Origin: Utricularia gibba
Taxonomy: Eukaryota; Plantae; Magnoliophyta
Length of the DNA stretch: 64,000 nucleotides
Assembly: GCA_002189035.1 (NCBI GenBank)
Contig: NEEC01000015.1
Location: 1,302,001 to 1,366,000, forward strand
Direction: 5' to 3'
This document shows, one piece after another, positions 1 through 12,504 of this stretch. Under the pieces are notes generated by a model, which was not told the DNA's origin, did not search any database, and saw nothing but the letters and a program-made list of their open reading frames with translations. The stretch's first letter is position 1. Each line of letters begins with the position of its first letter. Made by a program: the position numbers and the translations under genes.

Positions 1-624
1 AAGCAGCAATCTTGCAATCCCGGTATGCCCGTGAAGTTCCCCGATGGCTTTAGGGAAAATGGGGCGTCCCAAAGCACGCTCTTGAACCAGTCTCTGCGTC
101 TCTGTGAACCGGCAAGCGTAGCTGACATCTCCGCCGTCGAATTTCACGGCGTGGATCATGCCGTCCCCATCGAATAGGTGATGACCGGATACCGGCTCGA
201 ATAACGGATTAGCGCCGTTTCTAACATAAACACCCCGAATCCATTCCGGTATCTTCCCAATGACTCGAAGGTTATGCTCCACCGGATGCTCTGGCACAGG
301 GGAGAAGTTACCGGCTAACTGGACGCGAGGATCAGCAGTTTTGGGAAGTGGGTGTTTCAGCTCCTGCTCCGTCAACGCCTTGTCAACCGCATCCAACGCC
401 GCCGCCGCCGCGTTTTGAATCCAGTTCCAGCTCTTAGTCTGAACAGGAGCAGGAGCATTGGTTTTACTCCGGAGCAGCCGCGGCGGCGCCGGCGGATGCT
501 GCGGCATCGATTGTTTTAGAGGGAGATCCACTGTGGGCGTCTGCAAAACACAGTGGACATCGGATAAAACTGGATATCTAGGCTTGGTGTAAGAATTTGC
601 AGTGGACAGAGAAGAAACAGCCAT
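1..624 (-). CDS. NCED: 9-cis-epoxycarotenoid dioxygenase (ABA biosynthesis), 5' part; intronless, continues past the left window edge
   Basis: Hand translation from ATG at 624 is open for 208 codons to position 1: MAVSSLST...[23 protein letters not shown]...[29 protein letters not shown]...[19 protein letters not shown]; these are hallmark NCED motifs after a plastid transit-like N-terminus. Not in the ORF track because it has no stop in the window. Confidence 0.95.
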   Translation of the reverse strand, partial: MAVSSLSTANSYTKPRYPVLSDVHCVLQTPTVDLPLKQSMPQHPPAPPRLLRSKTNAPAPVQTKSWNWIQNAAAAALDAVDKALTEQELKHPLPKTADPRVQLAGNFSPVPEHPVEHNLRVIGKIPEWIRGVYVRNGANPLFEPVSGHHLFDGDGMIHAVKFDGGDVSYACRFTETQRLVQERALGRPIFPKAIGELHGHTGIARLLL

Positions 625-711
625 GTGGTGCCGGCGTTGGTATCTCAGCGAACGTGTGTGCCGGTTGGTGTGGTGGTTGTTGAGACTCTGACCCGATTGA
701 TGATCTGAAGG

Positions 712-720
712 TTATTTATA
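712..720 (-). promoter_or_regulatory. TATA box of NCED
   Basis: TATAAATAA on the minus strand about 90 nt upstream of the NCED ATG. Confidence 0.6.
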
Positions 721-1772
721 GAAGGAGGGGACGCACACTCGCCAGCCCCAGCCCACGACTGCAACACTTCATCATCATCATCATCACTCTTCCATCATCT
801 TCTTTGAAAACCATACCTATTTCATCACTCAACTTCAATTTCTTCCAACATACTCTTCTCAACAAAAATTCTCTTTATGGTTAAAATCAGCATTTTCCAT
901 ACCTTTGTATTTGATTTAGTGTATTATTATTACTATAACCTTTTTTTTTTTACATTGTAACTGTAATTGTGTAGTCATCAGTGTTACAACGAGGACAAAA
1001 ATTAATTGCGTCATCAAGCAAACCCTAAAAAACTAGGTTTTCATGTAGGATCTGAATACTGTTGGAAAGTCAAAATGCAAAACATAGAAATGGGTGATTA
1101 GTACATTAAAAAACGAAATTAATATAATAATAAATATTATAATAAAATAAAATACTATTTAAAAAAGTGATTTTAATGAAAAAAAAGTATTATTTTTTAT
1201 ACAACCCAATTAACCTAAAAGACAAACCCCAAAATCCAAGGGCACAACTCCTAATTTCATATGAATAAAAGTTATCCAATTGTATTATAAAAGTGATCAC
1301 TATGTTTTTTAGGTGTGTAATAAAATTGATCATCGTATATATCAAATTTTGATTGTACTATATGAAATAAAAAATTACGATGATAAATTTTCTAAATGAT
1401 GAATCAAATGCAGGTGGGCAGAGGAGGATGTCAATTGCAAATTTACTACTACCAATTTCGTAGATTGACCGGGTGGGAGCATTCTAAGGATCCATCCCAT
1501 GATGAGATCCGACCATGAGCCTTAAATGTGACACGCGTTCGTTGGTAAGTGGTCACCTCATCCGCTAAAAGAAAATTTAATAAACTATTCGGATAGGCCA
1601 CACGCCTGGCTGCCTGCGCAGTTCAAGCTCCGCTGTCAGCAACCTCCGCTCCCTGTTCCTTTTTTTTGTCGTCAGCGTGCGCATGAAAGGGGGAGTCAAT
1701 TCCTCATGTCCCTCTCTGTCCGAATGCAAACAACCAAGACAATGGTGTTTTATGGCTGTTAATCGAGATTAA

Positions 1773-2093
1773 GGGTGTCGACTGGAGAATTAGTATTCCT
1801 AGATATTTTAATTTATTCGATAATAAATAATAATAAAATTTGTATTTAAATAAATATCATTTATCACATATTAAAATATTCATAATATATGATTGAAGTA
1901 ATAATGTACTCTGACATGATTGAATTAATTAAATCTATCTAATAAATAAATGGATTTTTCATCATAAATACAATCTTAAATAAGAAAAAATGATTGAATA
2001 TCTATTATTTAATACGAAATATTAATATTTATCAAATATGTGATTATTATTATTTAACATAAACTAATCTTTCATATTCTACTAAGCGAGCCC
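1773..2093. mobile_element. Degenerate Tourist/PIF-Harbinger-like MITE remnant
   Basis: TAA|GGGTGTCGAC...CTAAGCGAGCCC|TAA: GGG...CCC termini flanked by TAA on both sides around an AT-rich core; terminal repeats are poorly conserved. Confidence 0.3.
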
Positions 2094-2233
2094 TAAACAT
2101 AGATTAACATCAATTAATCTTTTAAATTAAACACGAATTAGGGCGGTGTGGTGTGCATGATTAGTGGAGGCTCCACTTCACCTTGATTTTCAATTCCCCG
2201 CGTTGGCCCCTGAAACTAACAGACAACTCGTAA

Positions 2234-2267
2234 AGCGCGTCACACGTGGACTGTGATGAAAACGCGC
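2234..2267. promoter_or_regulatory. G-box/ABRE plus CGCG-box cluster upstream of NCED
   Basis: AAGCGCGT-CACACGTGG (CACGTG at 2243-2248) and AACGCGC within 35 bp, about 1.6 kb upstream of the NCED ATG; further ACGT cores near 2806 and 3480. Motifs are short, so function is inferred. Confidence 0.4.
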
Positions 2268-5200
2268 TTTTATGAGATTCCGGTCGGCATTCTCCATTAT
2301 TTCCTTTTAATTAAACACCCCTTTGACGGAATCCTAAAACCACTCCAAACTTGTCCAATCCAATCAATCCCTTTGCTGCTTTCCGTTAGTTGTAAGGATA
2401 CCTTAAATCCGTACGGAACGTCAAAAATCGAAATAAAGCAATATTTTTTCCGTATTATGAATACAATTATATTCATATAATTTTTTCACGAATTTTTCAA
2501 TATATATAATAAAAATAAAGAGGTAAATAAATGCGGTGGTAGGCGACGGCCCCTACTCGGCCCCGGTATTGGTGTTGTCTGGCCCCCTAGGGCACATTGT
2601 ATTAATATTATAAAATGAAGAGAGTTGATAAACACAGCAAATAGCAATATTTGAAGTTAGAGTGGAGCATCGTTTGCATGCAGATGGGTTTAATTGCGGG
2701 TGCATGTACCTTCCGTGTTCAACATTATTAATGAAATCAAAACCAGCGCATTTAATTAAAATAATATCAGACGATCCTCATTTTTCCACGTCAGCATGTT
2801 TAACCCACACCATGCATTAAACATTTTCGGTTTAGGCGTTACCTCATTCGTAAGTGCGCTACTAGGTATTGGTCATTACACGGACAAGATTCTAGATTAT
2901 GCAATAAATTATAATACTAATAATACTAAATTTTTATCAGTATTAAAAATACAGGAAAATATTTTCCAGATGTTGCAAAAATGTGAATTATTTGTAAAAA
3001 TACATTTCAGGCAATTTAGAACTAAAAAAATTTAATAATAAATTAGTTTAGCAGTTCATTTGAGAGAGACTTAGCCCGTCTAGTTTCTTGAAAAACGCTT
3101 TTCAATAATTGCTTCTAATAAAATAAAATTTATAATTCTACTAATAGTTTTATTATTAAATACAAACGAATTCTAAAATAATTTTCAAGAATCGGAATCA
3201 AATAAATCCTAATTCTCTACAACCTCTTAAAAATACAAAAAAATATTTCTAAATTTATGTTTTATAAGTAAAAATTAATCGTATTTGATAGCAAAATCAT
3301 TACTAAAATTTTATTTAAAAGTATAAATTTTTAAAAACATAATAAAAATTGAGTGAGGTTAAATTAAAAAAGAATTAAATATATTTTCTTAGCATTACTG
3401 ATGGTTTAAAAAATGATAGTTGTGTTGTAAAGGGGGCCCGCGTCTTAAATCTCTTGCACCGCCCAAGGCCAGCATACCCCCACGTGGGCGTCTCGTGTGC
3501 GTATCTCTAGTTGTGTTGGGAGCGTGCATGCATTGTTCATTAAACTCGGCTGCTTCACCGGCAGATGAGCAAAATTAATCCTGATTAACCTCCCTTAAAC
3601 AAGTAATTTAAAACCTTGAAACGTCATCAAGGGTCTGGGATATAGTATCGGGCTGATATTAATAAATTATTAGAGTTTTTCTACGCTATTTATTAAAATA
3701 TTAACCAAAATTGTAGTACGTGGATTAAATTTGTTAATGCCGCTTAATCTCCCTATCATTAGTGTAACATAATTGTGATGGCGATTGAGTGTCTCCCCCT
3801 TATCTGTTGGCCAATAGAATGATTCTGAGTGCTCCTCCCCTTGGGGGCAATATTTTTTTACAGTTGTAGTAGCAGTGAATGATCATATCTACGGTAATTT
3901 TTTTTGTTTTAAAAAGGTAATTTATGTAGTAATGTGGTTTAGTCTGTGATTAGGGCTGATAGGCTTTGACAATCTCGACTCAAAATGAACACAGATATTT
4001 TCTCATTAAAATGAAAAAAGTAATTATGTATTCTCAAAAACAACAACTGAATAAATCATTAGTAAAATAATAATGAAAAAGAGGGGAGAGTAGAATGAGA
4101 AACATTTAGTATGGTGTTCTAAATTCGAGATTTAATTTCGGATTATTAAATAGATAATTTTTTAGGTTCGATTCAATAATTTTTTTTTGAAATTTAAAAA
4201 ACTTTAATTTAAATAAATATTTGTATTATAAATGTAACTTGATTCAATCCATTGTAAAAAAAAAAAAAGAAGAAAAATTCAATTTAAAATCAAAATGAGT
4301 TGAAACTACAATTATCTAAAAAAAAGGTTTCCTACTACTATATTTTTAGGTTATCATACAATGGTATTTGTTTATTTTTTTTATTTTTATTCACTACGTT
4401 GTTTAAAACTATGCCAAAAACGAAAAAACTTGTTGATAATAAATTTGAATAACTAGAAACTCTTAGAATTAGAGCACATATTTTCTTGGAGAATTTTCGT
4501 GTTCTACGCGTGTCTCATAATATTTAGGATCTGATAGACATATATCAAATACTTTGTGAGATTAAAGTTCCACGCTATGAAAACACTTAAGCAAATCGAC
4601 TGTGTCTATTCCGAGGTTAATTATGAGCAATTAAGTTTTAATTATTTTCATTGTGGGATAAGTATTCTTATTTTTTTTTTGCCGCTGATTGTTCAGTTAG
4701 TATTAACGTAAGATGATGAGGTTATTTTGTCTAATGTTGACAACAGAATTGAACCGGAATTGTAGTTCGAATCGTATCTCAAATATGATTTCAATTCAAA
4801 TATTAAATTTTTTGTTCGATTCCAATTTAGGAAAAGCAATTTTACGGTTATGGGCCAATTTACGAATCATGGAACCATGGTTATAAATCCGTGAATGTGA
4901 ACATTGTTTAAATAATTAAAAATTATCAAAAAATTCTAACGTCTAATTATTTTTTAAAAAAAATACTTAAAAATGAAAAACAATCATTTGAATCAGACAG
5001 CTATTTTTTCAAATAAATAAAAGAATTATTCCAAAAGTTTATCTATAAATATTTTTATATATTTCAAATAATTTTTTTATTCATTTTCATACATTTTTAT
5101 GTCTATCCTATAATTGCAACGAAAATTATTATATTAATTGTTAATATTTTTATTTTATTCTTTATAATTTAAAACTAAATTTGTAATCGACACTTCTTCA

Positions 5201-8200
5201 TTATAATTGAAGTCTATTAATAAATAAAAATTATTTTTTATAAATTATTTTTTAAAATAATCATTATTTGAAATAAGATTCGAATTGAAACCATATGGCT
5301 TTGGTTTTGATTTCTCTTAAAATCAAATCGTCGAACCCATCTCACGCCCCATAATCACATGCATTTGAACATACCATAAGGACAAGAAATTAATTGCTTC
5401 TTGAAACTACGGACAACTAAATTGTTCGCGCAAAATGAATGCGCCTAGTGGCATAGCCGAGGGACATATAAGCCACTTGAGTTAGCATATTTGACCTATT
5501 CCATCAATTTTACCTTTGAAAAATATTCTTTTTTATTAAATACGAACGAATTTTATTATAAAAAAACAATAAATCTATATTTCTATTTCTTTAAAATTAT
5601 ACAAATTTAACTTTTATTTTATTAAAAACATTCTTCTATTGAGAAATCGAGTCTACTAACTTAAAACTAGAGGGTATTGCTCCATGTGTAGTGTACACAA
5701 CTTCGATCCAACCCAAATGGGAATATTAAGCTTACCATGTTACAATCACATTAATAAACACTTATTTTAAACGTGGAAACTCAAGAAATCTCTATGTCCA
5801 TCTAACCTCCTAAAATTCGTAGTAGCATTGACTTAGTATTTGGTGTTTCAATTGATATTGAATCGATTATTAAGTTGATGACTTTTAGGGAGTGTCCCAA
5901 ACTTATACTCATTGTAGGTCATTTTTAATCGAAATTTAATCTTTAAAATTTAGAATGTAATTGATAGCTAGCATAGTTTGTAAAATAGAATTTAATATAT
6001 TTTTTTAAATTTTTTTTTAAAGAGAAAATCATTTAGTATTGGTCCTTAGACCAAAGGAGTCGTGTTGGGGATGGAAGAAGGGGGTGCAAGTGGGGTGGCT
6101 GGTTAATTGAGATTAGAATATTAATCACTTTTTTATAAAGTCGCTTTGAATTTTGAAACAATGGGGAGTCAACCACTTTGAACTTAGCCTCATTAATTTA
6201 TTTATTGGCGTTACTATTGGGATCATTTACAAAAATAGTCATCCTTTTATTATATTTCATATATTCAGATAAAAATTTTTAATTGAGAGTGATTAATTTT
6301 TCCACACACTTCAAGAAGAATGACCAAATTTTTAGTAATATTGTCATTATAAATTACAAAATAATTTGTTTAAAAAATACATATAAATCGGTTAAAATGG
6401 GGGTCCTTGTCTTCTAGAGACTTAGCTAATTAAATATGTTATTAATTAATACAATTTTAGTGTTTGAAGGGGTTGGAAGGTTGCGAGCAAGTCTAAGGGC
6501 GGCCGAAAGTTAACTGACGGCGGAGGATACAAACCCATAGTGAAGGCGACGCGGGAGAAGTGGGCCCGGCAACCTATTGCTGAACTGTCTGGGGCCCAGT
6601 CCAGTTAAGTTGACCCCAATTACTCGGATACTCGTTGACCCTTTACCCCACGAGTGGTTTTATTAAAGAATCATTTTAAAAATTTCATTTTGAATTCTCT
6701 TTAGTAAGAAAATACTGAAGTGGATCAACCCGAGACCCGACCCGGAGCATGGGTTGAAGTCCCCCTATTTAAAAGATAATAAGCTCATGACCCATGATAT
6801 CAAAGATTGATGATGATCAAATTTGATTTATCTGGATTTGAAATTGAAATATTTACATATATAATCAATTTCAAATTATTTATAAAGTCTAATCTTTTTT
6901 AATATACTCTTTTTATATATTTGAACTTGAATTTTACATGTGCTCATATAATCTATCAAATCATTAATTTTAACAATGATATAGAAAATCTTTTTTTTTT
7001 TTCGTGAACTAAGAAGATACCAAGCAAGATTATCCCACGTGCCTTCTTCCTACATATAAAGTCACAGCCTTGTCCCCTCACTTGCCTTTTCCTTCTTGTG
7101 CGATGCAATTTTGGCCTACTTCCTGTCTTGCTAAATATATTCAAAAGAAGTGGGGATGGCTATGGTCATTCTGGTATTTGAATCATATCTTCTTCATCTT
7201 GATTTGAGATGGTGTTTTTTTGATGAATTTGAGAGTGGTTCTCTAAGTTAACTCGATGGGGTGGTATGTAATGGAAAAACAAAAAAATAAAAAAACACAC
7301 GAGTCGATATGGAATAAGAATCGAAACGCATGCTTCATAGGTGGATTCAACGCGTAGAAGAATAGCATTACATGGTGTATGTCGTTTTGCAGGTGGATAT
7401 GGTGATGAATAAGCAGGAAAGAAGGAGTCATGATAAGTTGCCTATTCCACAAGGCAACGAAGGATCCAAAGTTATGGTGGGGTTGGCCGCCGTGAAACTT
7501 GGACCAGGTTCCCCATTTCTTTCCTGCGGTTCAGATTCCATGGCTATAAACGGGGAAGCCATGCTGCTTTGGGGACTACGCCTTCTTGATAGTGAAACCA
7601 AATGATCGAGTCTGTGTGGATGCAAAGTTAATCTTGAACTGATCTACTTCTCGGCTTAGATATCAAAGATGCGATGCAGCAAGTTCTCTCTGTGTTGACG
7701 AATATGCTTGTGTTTTTTAATGGCTGATAAAACGTGCACGCACACACACACCCTTGATTGGAATGAAGTCGAGAAGCCATTTGTTTGGGAATTTGAGCTT
7801 TTTTAGCCGGTTCAGGATCATTGCAACACGTGGGTTTGGACGAGAAGCACGCAACAAGTGACCCATTGGATCGGAGATGGTGGTGGATGAGGACTCACGG
7901 TCGCCATGATCCAATTTCAGGCCTGTCTGTACAATAATAACAAGTTCCGTTCTTGGCGCTCTCCATGGGGAAGATGGTCACTTTTACCACAAGGCAGTAA
8001 GCTCTCAATCTTTCCCATTCTTTTTGAAAAGTTCAGCACTGTAATTTGCATGTAACAGCTGCAGCAGCCAGCATGTTGTAGAAGACATTCAGAAAGATCT
8101 GTGTATGCAACAATGCTTGGATTTCTGTACATTTTGGGGAAGAGGTTTTGGTCTAAACCATAGTTTAGTTTGAGGATAAACATCCAACTAAACGTGAGTA

Positions 8201-9664
8201 GCATCCAATAGTTTCTTGGGTAATCTGATTGGATTCAATCATACTTAACTTTAGAATTCCAATGAAATCGATTTTATCATGACGAAGAAAAAAATTCGTA
8301 CAAGAATAATACAACCAACTTATTCAAACTCTATGTTTACCTTGTATCTAATTGATATAATATCATGTTTACAATACTCTACACTTTATCAACATACTTG
8401 TTTAAGAAATTTTGGGATTTTGTTACGCTCTTTACCTTGTGTTATCATTTCATACTTTTTTTAGAGGCATAAGCTAAACAAGATTCACCAATAATTTATT
8501 GGAATGAATTAAAAATCTGATCATCTGTTAGATATTATATTTAAAAAATGATTATTCATAATATAATTTTTTTTTTAATATGTAATATGTATGATAGAAT
8601 GTACATATACCCATTTTTCTAAATAATCATGTTGCTCCACATCCCCATAACAATTGATTTGCATTTACAAAAAAGTATTCACAACATCCAACCAATGCCT
8701 AAAATTTTGACGAAACTTTGTCGATATTTCCAAAATTTTCGAGAAATTTGTTCATCTTTCCCAAATTTATTTGAAATTTGGATTAAATTCAAACTCCAAA
8801 ATTCGAAATTTGAATAGTGTACAAGGGACCCTTGGGTGTTCAACAGAAATATCATATTTGGGCCCAAAGCCCAATTTGACATTTAATGGGCATTTACGTT
8901 TCGTAGATGGGCAGTAAATTAGTGGGCCTGGCTTATCCGAACCTTCTAATTCACCCTTACCCGCTTAACTCGGTTCAAACTTTTAAAGATTTTCTTTTTC
9001 AAATTGTATTTATGTTGTGGTGCATGCTGTTCTTTCTTTAGAAAAATCATTTTTTTTTTCAGAGAAATTTCATTTCAAACAAGTAACTGATGTGCTCCTC
9101 CGCTCTCTTTCTCTCTCTCTCTGCCTGCTGTGGTTGTCAAGCTTCCTTTTCTTTCTGTTGTCTCGTGACTCGGGAAAGGCTGGCTCTGGCTGTTCATTGA
9201 ATGAATGCTGTCCAACGATTTCAAGTATCATCATCCATTTTCTTCCTACTCATATAGTAGTGGAGTGGAGGGAAGAAGGAAGGACTAACTCAGAGAAGCA
9301 ATTTCAGTGGAAAGGTAATCCTTTTAATTTTTAAATGTGCGTCTATCATTCTATTGTTGCTCAGAATCCTTCATTTGTTGCAGTAGTGTTTGTGGGTGAT
9401 GGAATCTGAGCTTTTGCTTTTGTGGGTTGGTTGTTCTGTAACTGTTTTATGTAGATCCGGGTGTTGCTATTTGATTTCACGCCATTTCTGTGAAAGTTTT
9501 AGCTTTTCTCGAGACTCCTGATGCAAAGATGTATTCCTCAATGGCCCTGGTTTAAAAAATAGACTTCTTGGATCTTCCAAGAAGGGAGTCATTTTGGAAC
9601 GACTTTATATTCTTTTCCTCATTGTATTGGTGCAGAACCAGAGGTTTAGGTTTTGAGAGGAGAA

Positions 9665-10681
9665 ATGAGAGGATCAAGGTACATGAATCAACTTCTGTGA
9701 GCTTATTCTTTCATTGTCTGGATTTTGTGATTATTACTGATATGTTTACTGATTCCTAGAGTCACTGAAGCTGCTCAGCGGCAGTCTCCTCGAGGCACTC
9801 CTAGTCCAAGGACATCGAGCGTCGACTCAGAGCCACTGCATTCTCGTGCTAGGCTGGAAAAGAGTCCCAAGGTGACAGAAGGTGTATCATCTCATGGTCC
9901 TCAAACGAATAGGAAGAAAATTGGGACACGGATTGCGGATTTGGAATCCCAACTTGGTCTTGCTCAGGAGGAACTCAAGAGTCTCAAGGATCAACTCCAG
10001 AAGAAGCCAAAGAAACAGGAGAAGCTTCATAACCAAGTGGAAGATGAAGTTGAAGAGAACAAGAAGGAAAGTTCTACAACAGATGAGGAAGTGAGTGCTG
10101 CTGCTGCTGATGATAACACTGCCCCTGTTTCAAATAAGCATCCATCCTCTAATGAGTTGGATTTGAAGAATGAAGATACATGCACTCTGAAGACCAAATT
10201 AGAAGACAAAGAGAGGGAAACCGAGCTTCTCCGGCTAGAAAACGAAGGCCTCCGGAGCCAGCTCGATGAGAAGTCAACAAAGATCTCATCAGCTCTATCT
10301 GAGATAAACGAACTGAACTCAAAGCTGAACGAGGCATTACAAGAGCTAGCAAAGAGCAAAAGCAACGAATCCCAGTTGTTAGAGAAACTGGAGGCCATGG
10401 AGAGATCAAGGGAGGAAACGGGCACCGAAATGGAGCGGCTGAGAGTGCAGACGGAGCAATGGAGAAAGGCAGCAGATGCAGCAGCAGCTGTTCTATCAAG
10501 TGGAAGCAGAAGGGTGACTGGGAGGTGTGGATCAATGGACGCACACCACATGAATTCTCTTGGTTTTCCCGGCCTTTCATCCATAATAGACGACTCTGAG
10601 GGCGGGCTTGGAAACGAAAGGAGAAAGGGCACAGGGATTAGAATCTTAGGGGAGCTGTGGAAGAGGAAGGGGGAGAAGTGA
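9665..10681 (+). CDS. Interactor of constitutive active ROPs (ICR/RIP family) coiled-coil protein; exons 9665-9678, 9760-10681
   Basis: Spliced product MRGSRVTEAAQRQSPR...KKIGTRIADLESQLGLAQEELK...RLRVQTEQWRKAADAAAAVLS...LGELWKRKGEK; QxxQWRKAADAAAAVL is the ICR/RIP signature; canonical GT-AG intron. Confidence 0.9.
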
Positions 10682-12504
10682 AGGCCTTTCAGGCTGGAGA
10701 TTGTCAGTTAACTTGCTCGGTTAAAGATGAACTAGTTTTCAACGAAAAAAGTAATTACTATTTAAATAAACCATTAATATAATGGCTTTATTATAAAAAA
10801 AACAAATTACAAAATGAATAAAATTGTCCAATCCACTATTGCTATTTCAACCCACCATCTGTCCGCTCGATAGACCTTTCTGTGAACAAATCCTTCGATT
10901 TTTTAATATATTTTATTATTTATTTTAAAATTCTAATCTTTAATCGTTTTCTAATAAAATCACAAATTCAGATTTTATGATTAATTTGATAAATTTAATG
11001 AATCTTTGTTTTATTAATTTAATAAAAAAAATAATTAGAAATTATAGTGTTTTTTTTTATCTATTCTAAAAATATATTTATATTGTAATATTAAATTATA
11101 TAATAATTTAATATATTAAACTTTACAATATATATTTTATTTTATCAACTTTTATAATATACCATAAAATAGTTTTATAATCTCAAATTGATTTTGTTAT
11201 TGAAGCACACCTTCAAATTACAGAACATGTCATAATTGTTTCAATATTATGTTTAAAAGACAGTTTAATAGAAAGCTTTTATACACACCTTTATTAGGCC
11301 GCCATGTTGGGCTGCGAGCCTGTCTACATTCTTAGTGAAGAAGGAAATGCTGGTGGGGAAAGGTCCCACATTTTGAAGCGATAAAAGTGCACCGATATTG
11401 CATGATAATTTTTTATTTCAATGTTCACCAGGTGAGCCCTTACATCATATTCGATATTTAAGGAAGAGGTGACACGTTACTATGATTTTTTTAAAAGTGA
11501 CCATCTTTCGTAATTTTGACACGTACACAAAAGGCATCAAATTGACGATAAGATATGTATGTTATGGTAGTGGGAAATCAAATCTTACATTATTTCATCA
11601 GTGTAGTGCTTTGTCAACCACTCATCATTTGTCAATTGTCGGGTGTATTAGAAATTTGGACATCTCTTCTCAAATGTATGAGAAAAATGATTATCATTAT
11701 TTAAAAAATTTTGATTTTGTGTGTGAGAGAAAACGGGAGAATAAACAATCTTGTAAATGACCATTATTAGTCTCTTTATTAAATACAGTATATGAGTGTG
11801 TTTGATAGAAAATATAAAAAAGAATAATTAAATAGAAAAAGAAAAACATAATGTTCAGTAAGTAAGAGTATAATTTATATCATGAATATAAAATAAAATA
11901 ATAAAAGATAAATGAGTGTAATAAAATTATACTGTTTTATATCCTATTTTCATATATACAATTTTATCCCAAGTATATGAAAAACAAAGTAAAAAATGTG
12001 AAGTGTAAGTAACATTTTAATGATAGTTGCATTTTTTATAATTATATTATAGACTTATGATGTGGATTAATTTACTTAATGAATTAATTGTATTTATATA
12101 AACATATATTATGTTATTTAAATTAATATATGTGAAATAACATTATATTTGAAGTTATGTCACCGGTTATGTAAGGTTGAGTTAACTTGTGGAGGGAGGT
12201 GACACGGAGACACGGGGGTGGGGATAAAAAGACGAGTGGGAAAAAAACTGAAAACATAAGCATGTGAAAACTGTTATCCTGCTTCGGCGGTAAGGAAACG
12301 AGTGGCAAACTTTTTGCTTGGTTTCTTGATGCAATTGCAGGTCTGCGCTCGTTGAACGCCTTGGGAAAAAGCAAAAGGGGAAAAAGGTATGCGAGCCATG
12401 ATGACAAAGCTTCCACCCAAATCTAGTTATATAGATGCATCCGTCGCTTGCTTCTCTGGGACTACAGCACTCCGAGTCCAAGTTGCTTCTTGGGCTGTGG
12501 TAAA

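Noticed and set aside
3420-6780. tRNA-like GTTCGA/TTCAAAT words and ACCCGA/AACCG repeats in the AT-rich intergenic tract
   Set aside because: No cloverleaf; probably decayed MITE fragments, but no TIR/TSD pair could be fixed, so they are not listed as features.
7499-7520. TTGGACCAGGTTCCCC resembling the 5' half of miR166
   Set aside because: Only 8 contiguous matches, the 3' half diverges, and there is no matching star arm.
10027-10632. 201-aa and 143-aa minus-strand ORFs
   Set aside because: Antisense shadows of the ICR coiled-coil exon; Ser/Leu/Phe-rich with no domain.
11363-11373. USE-like GTCCCACATTT
   Set aside because: Two mismatches in the 3' core, no TATA at 24 or ~34 nt, and no snRNA sequence downstream.
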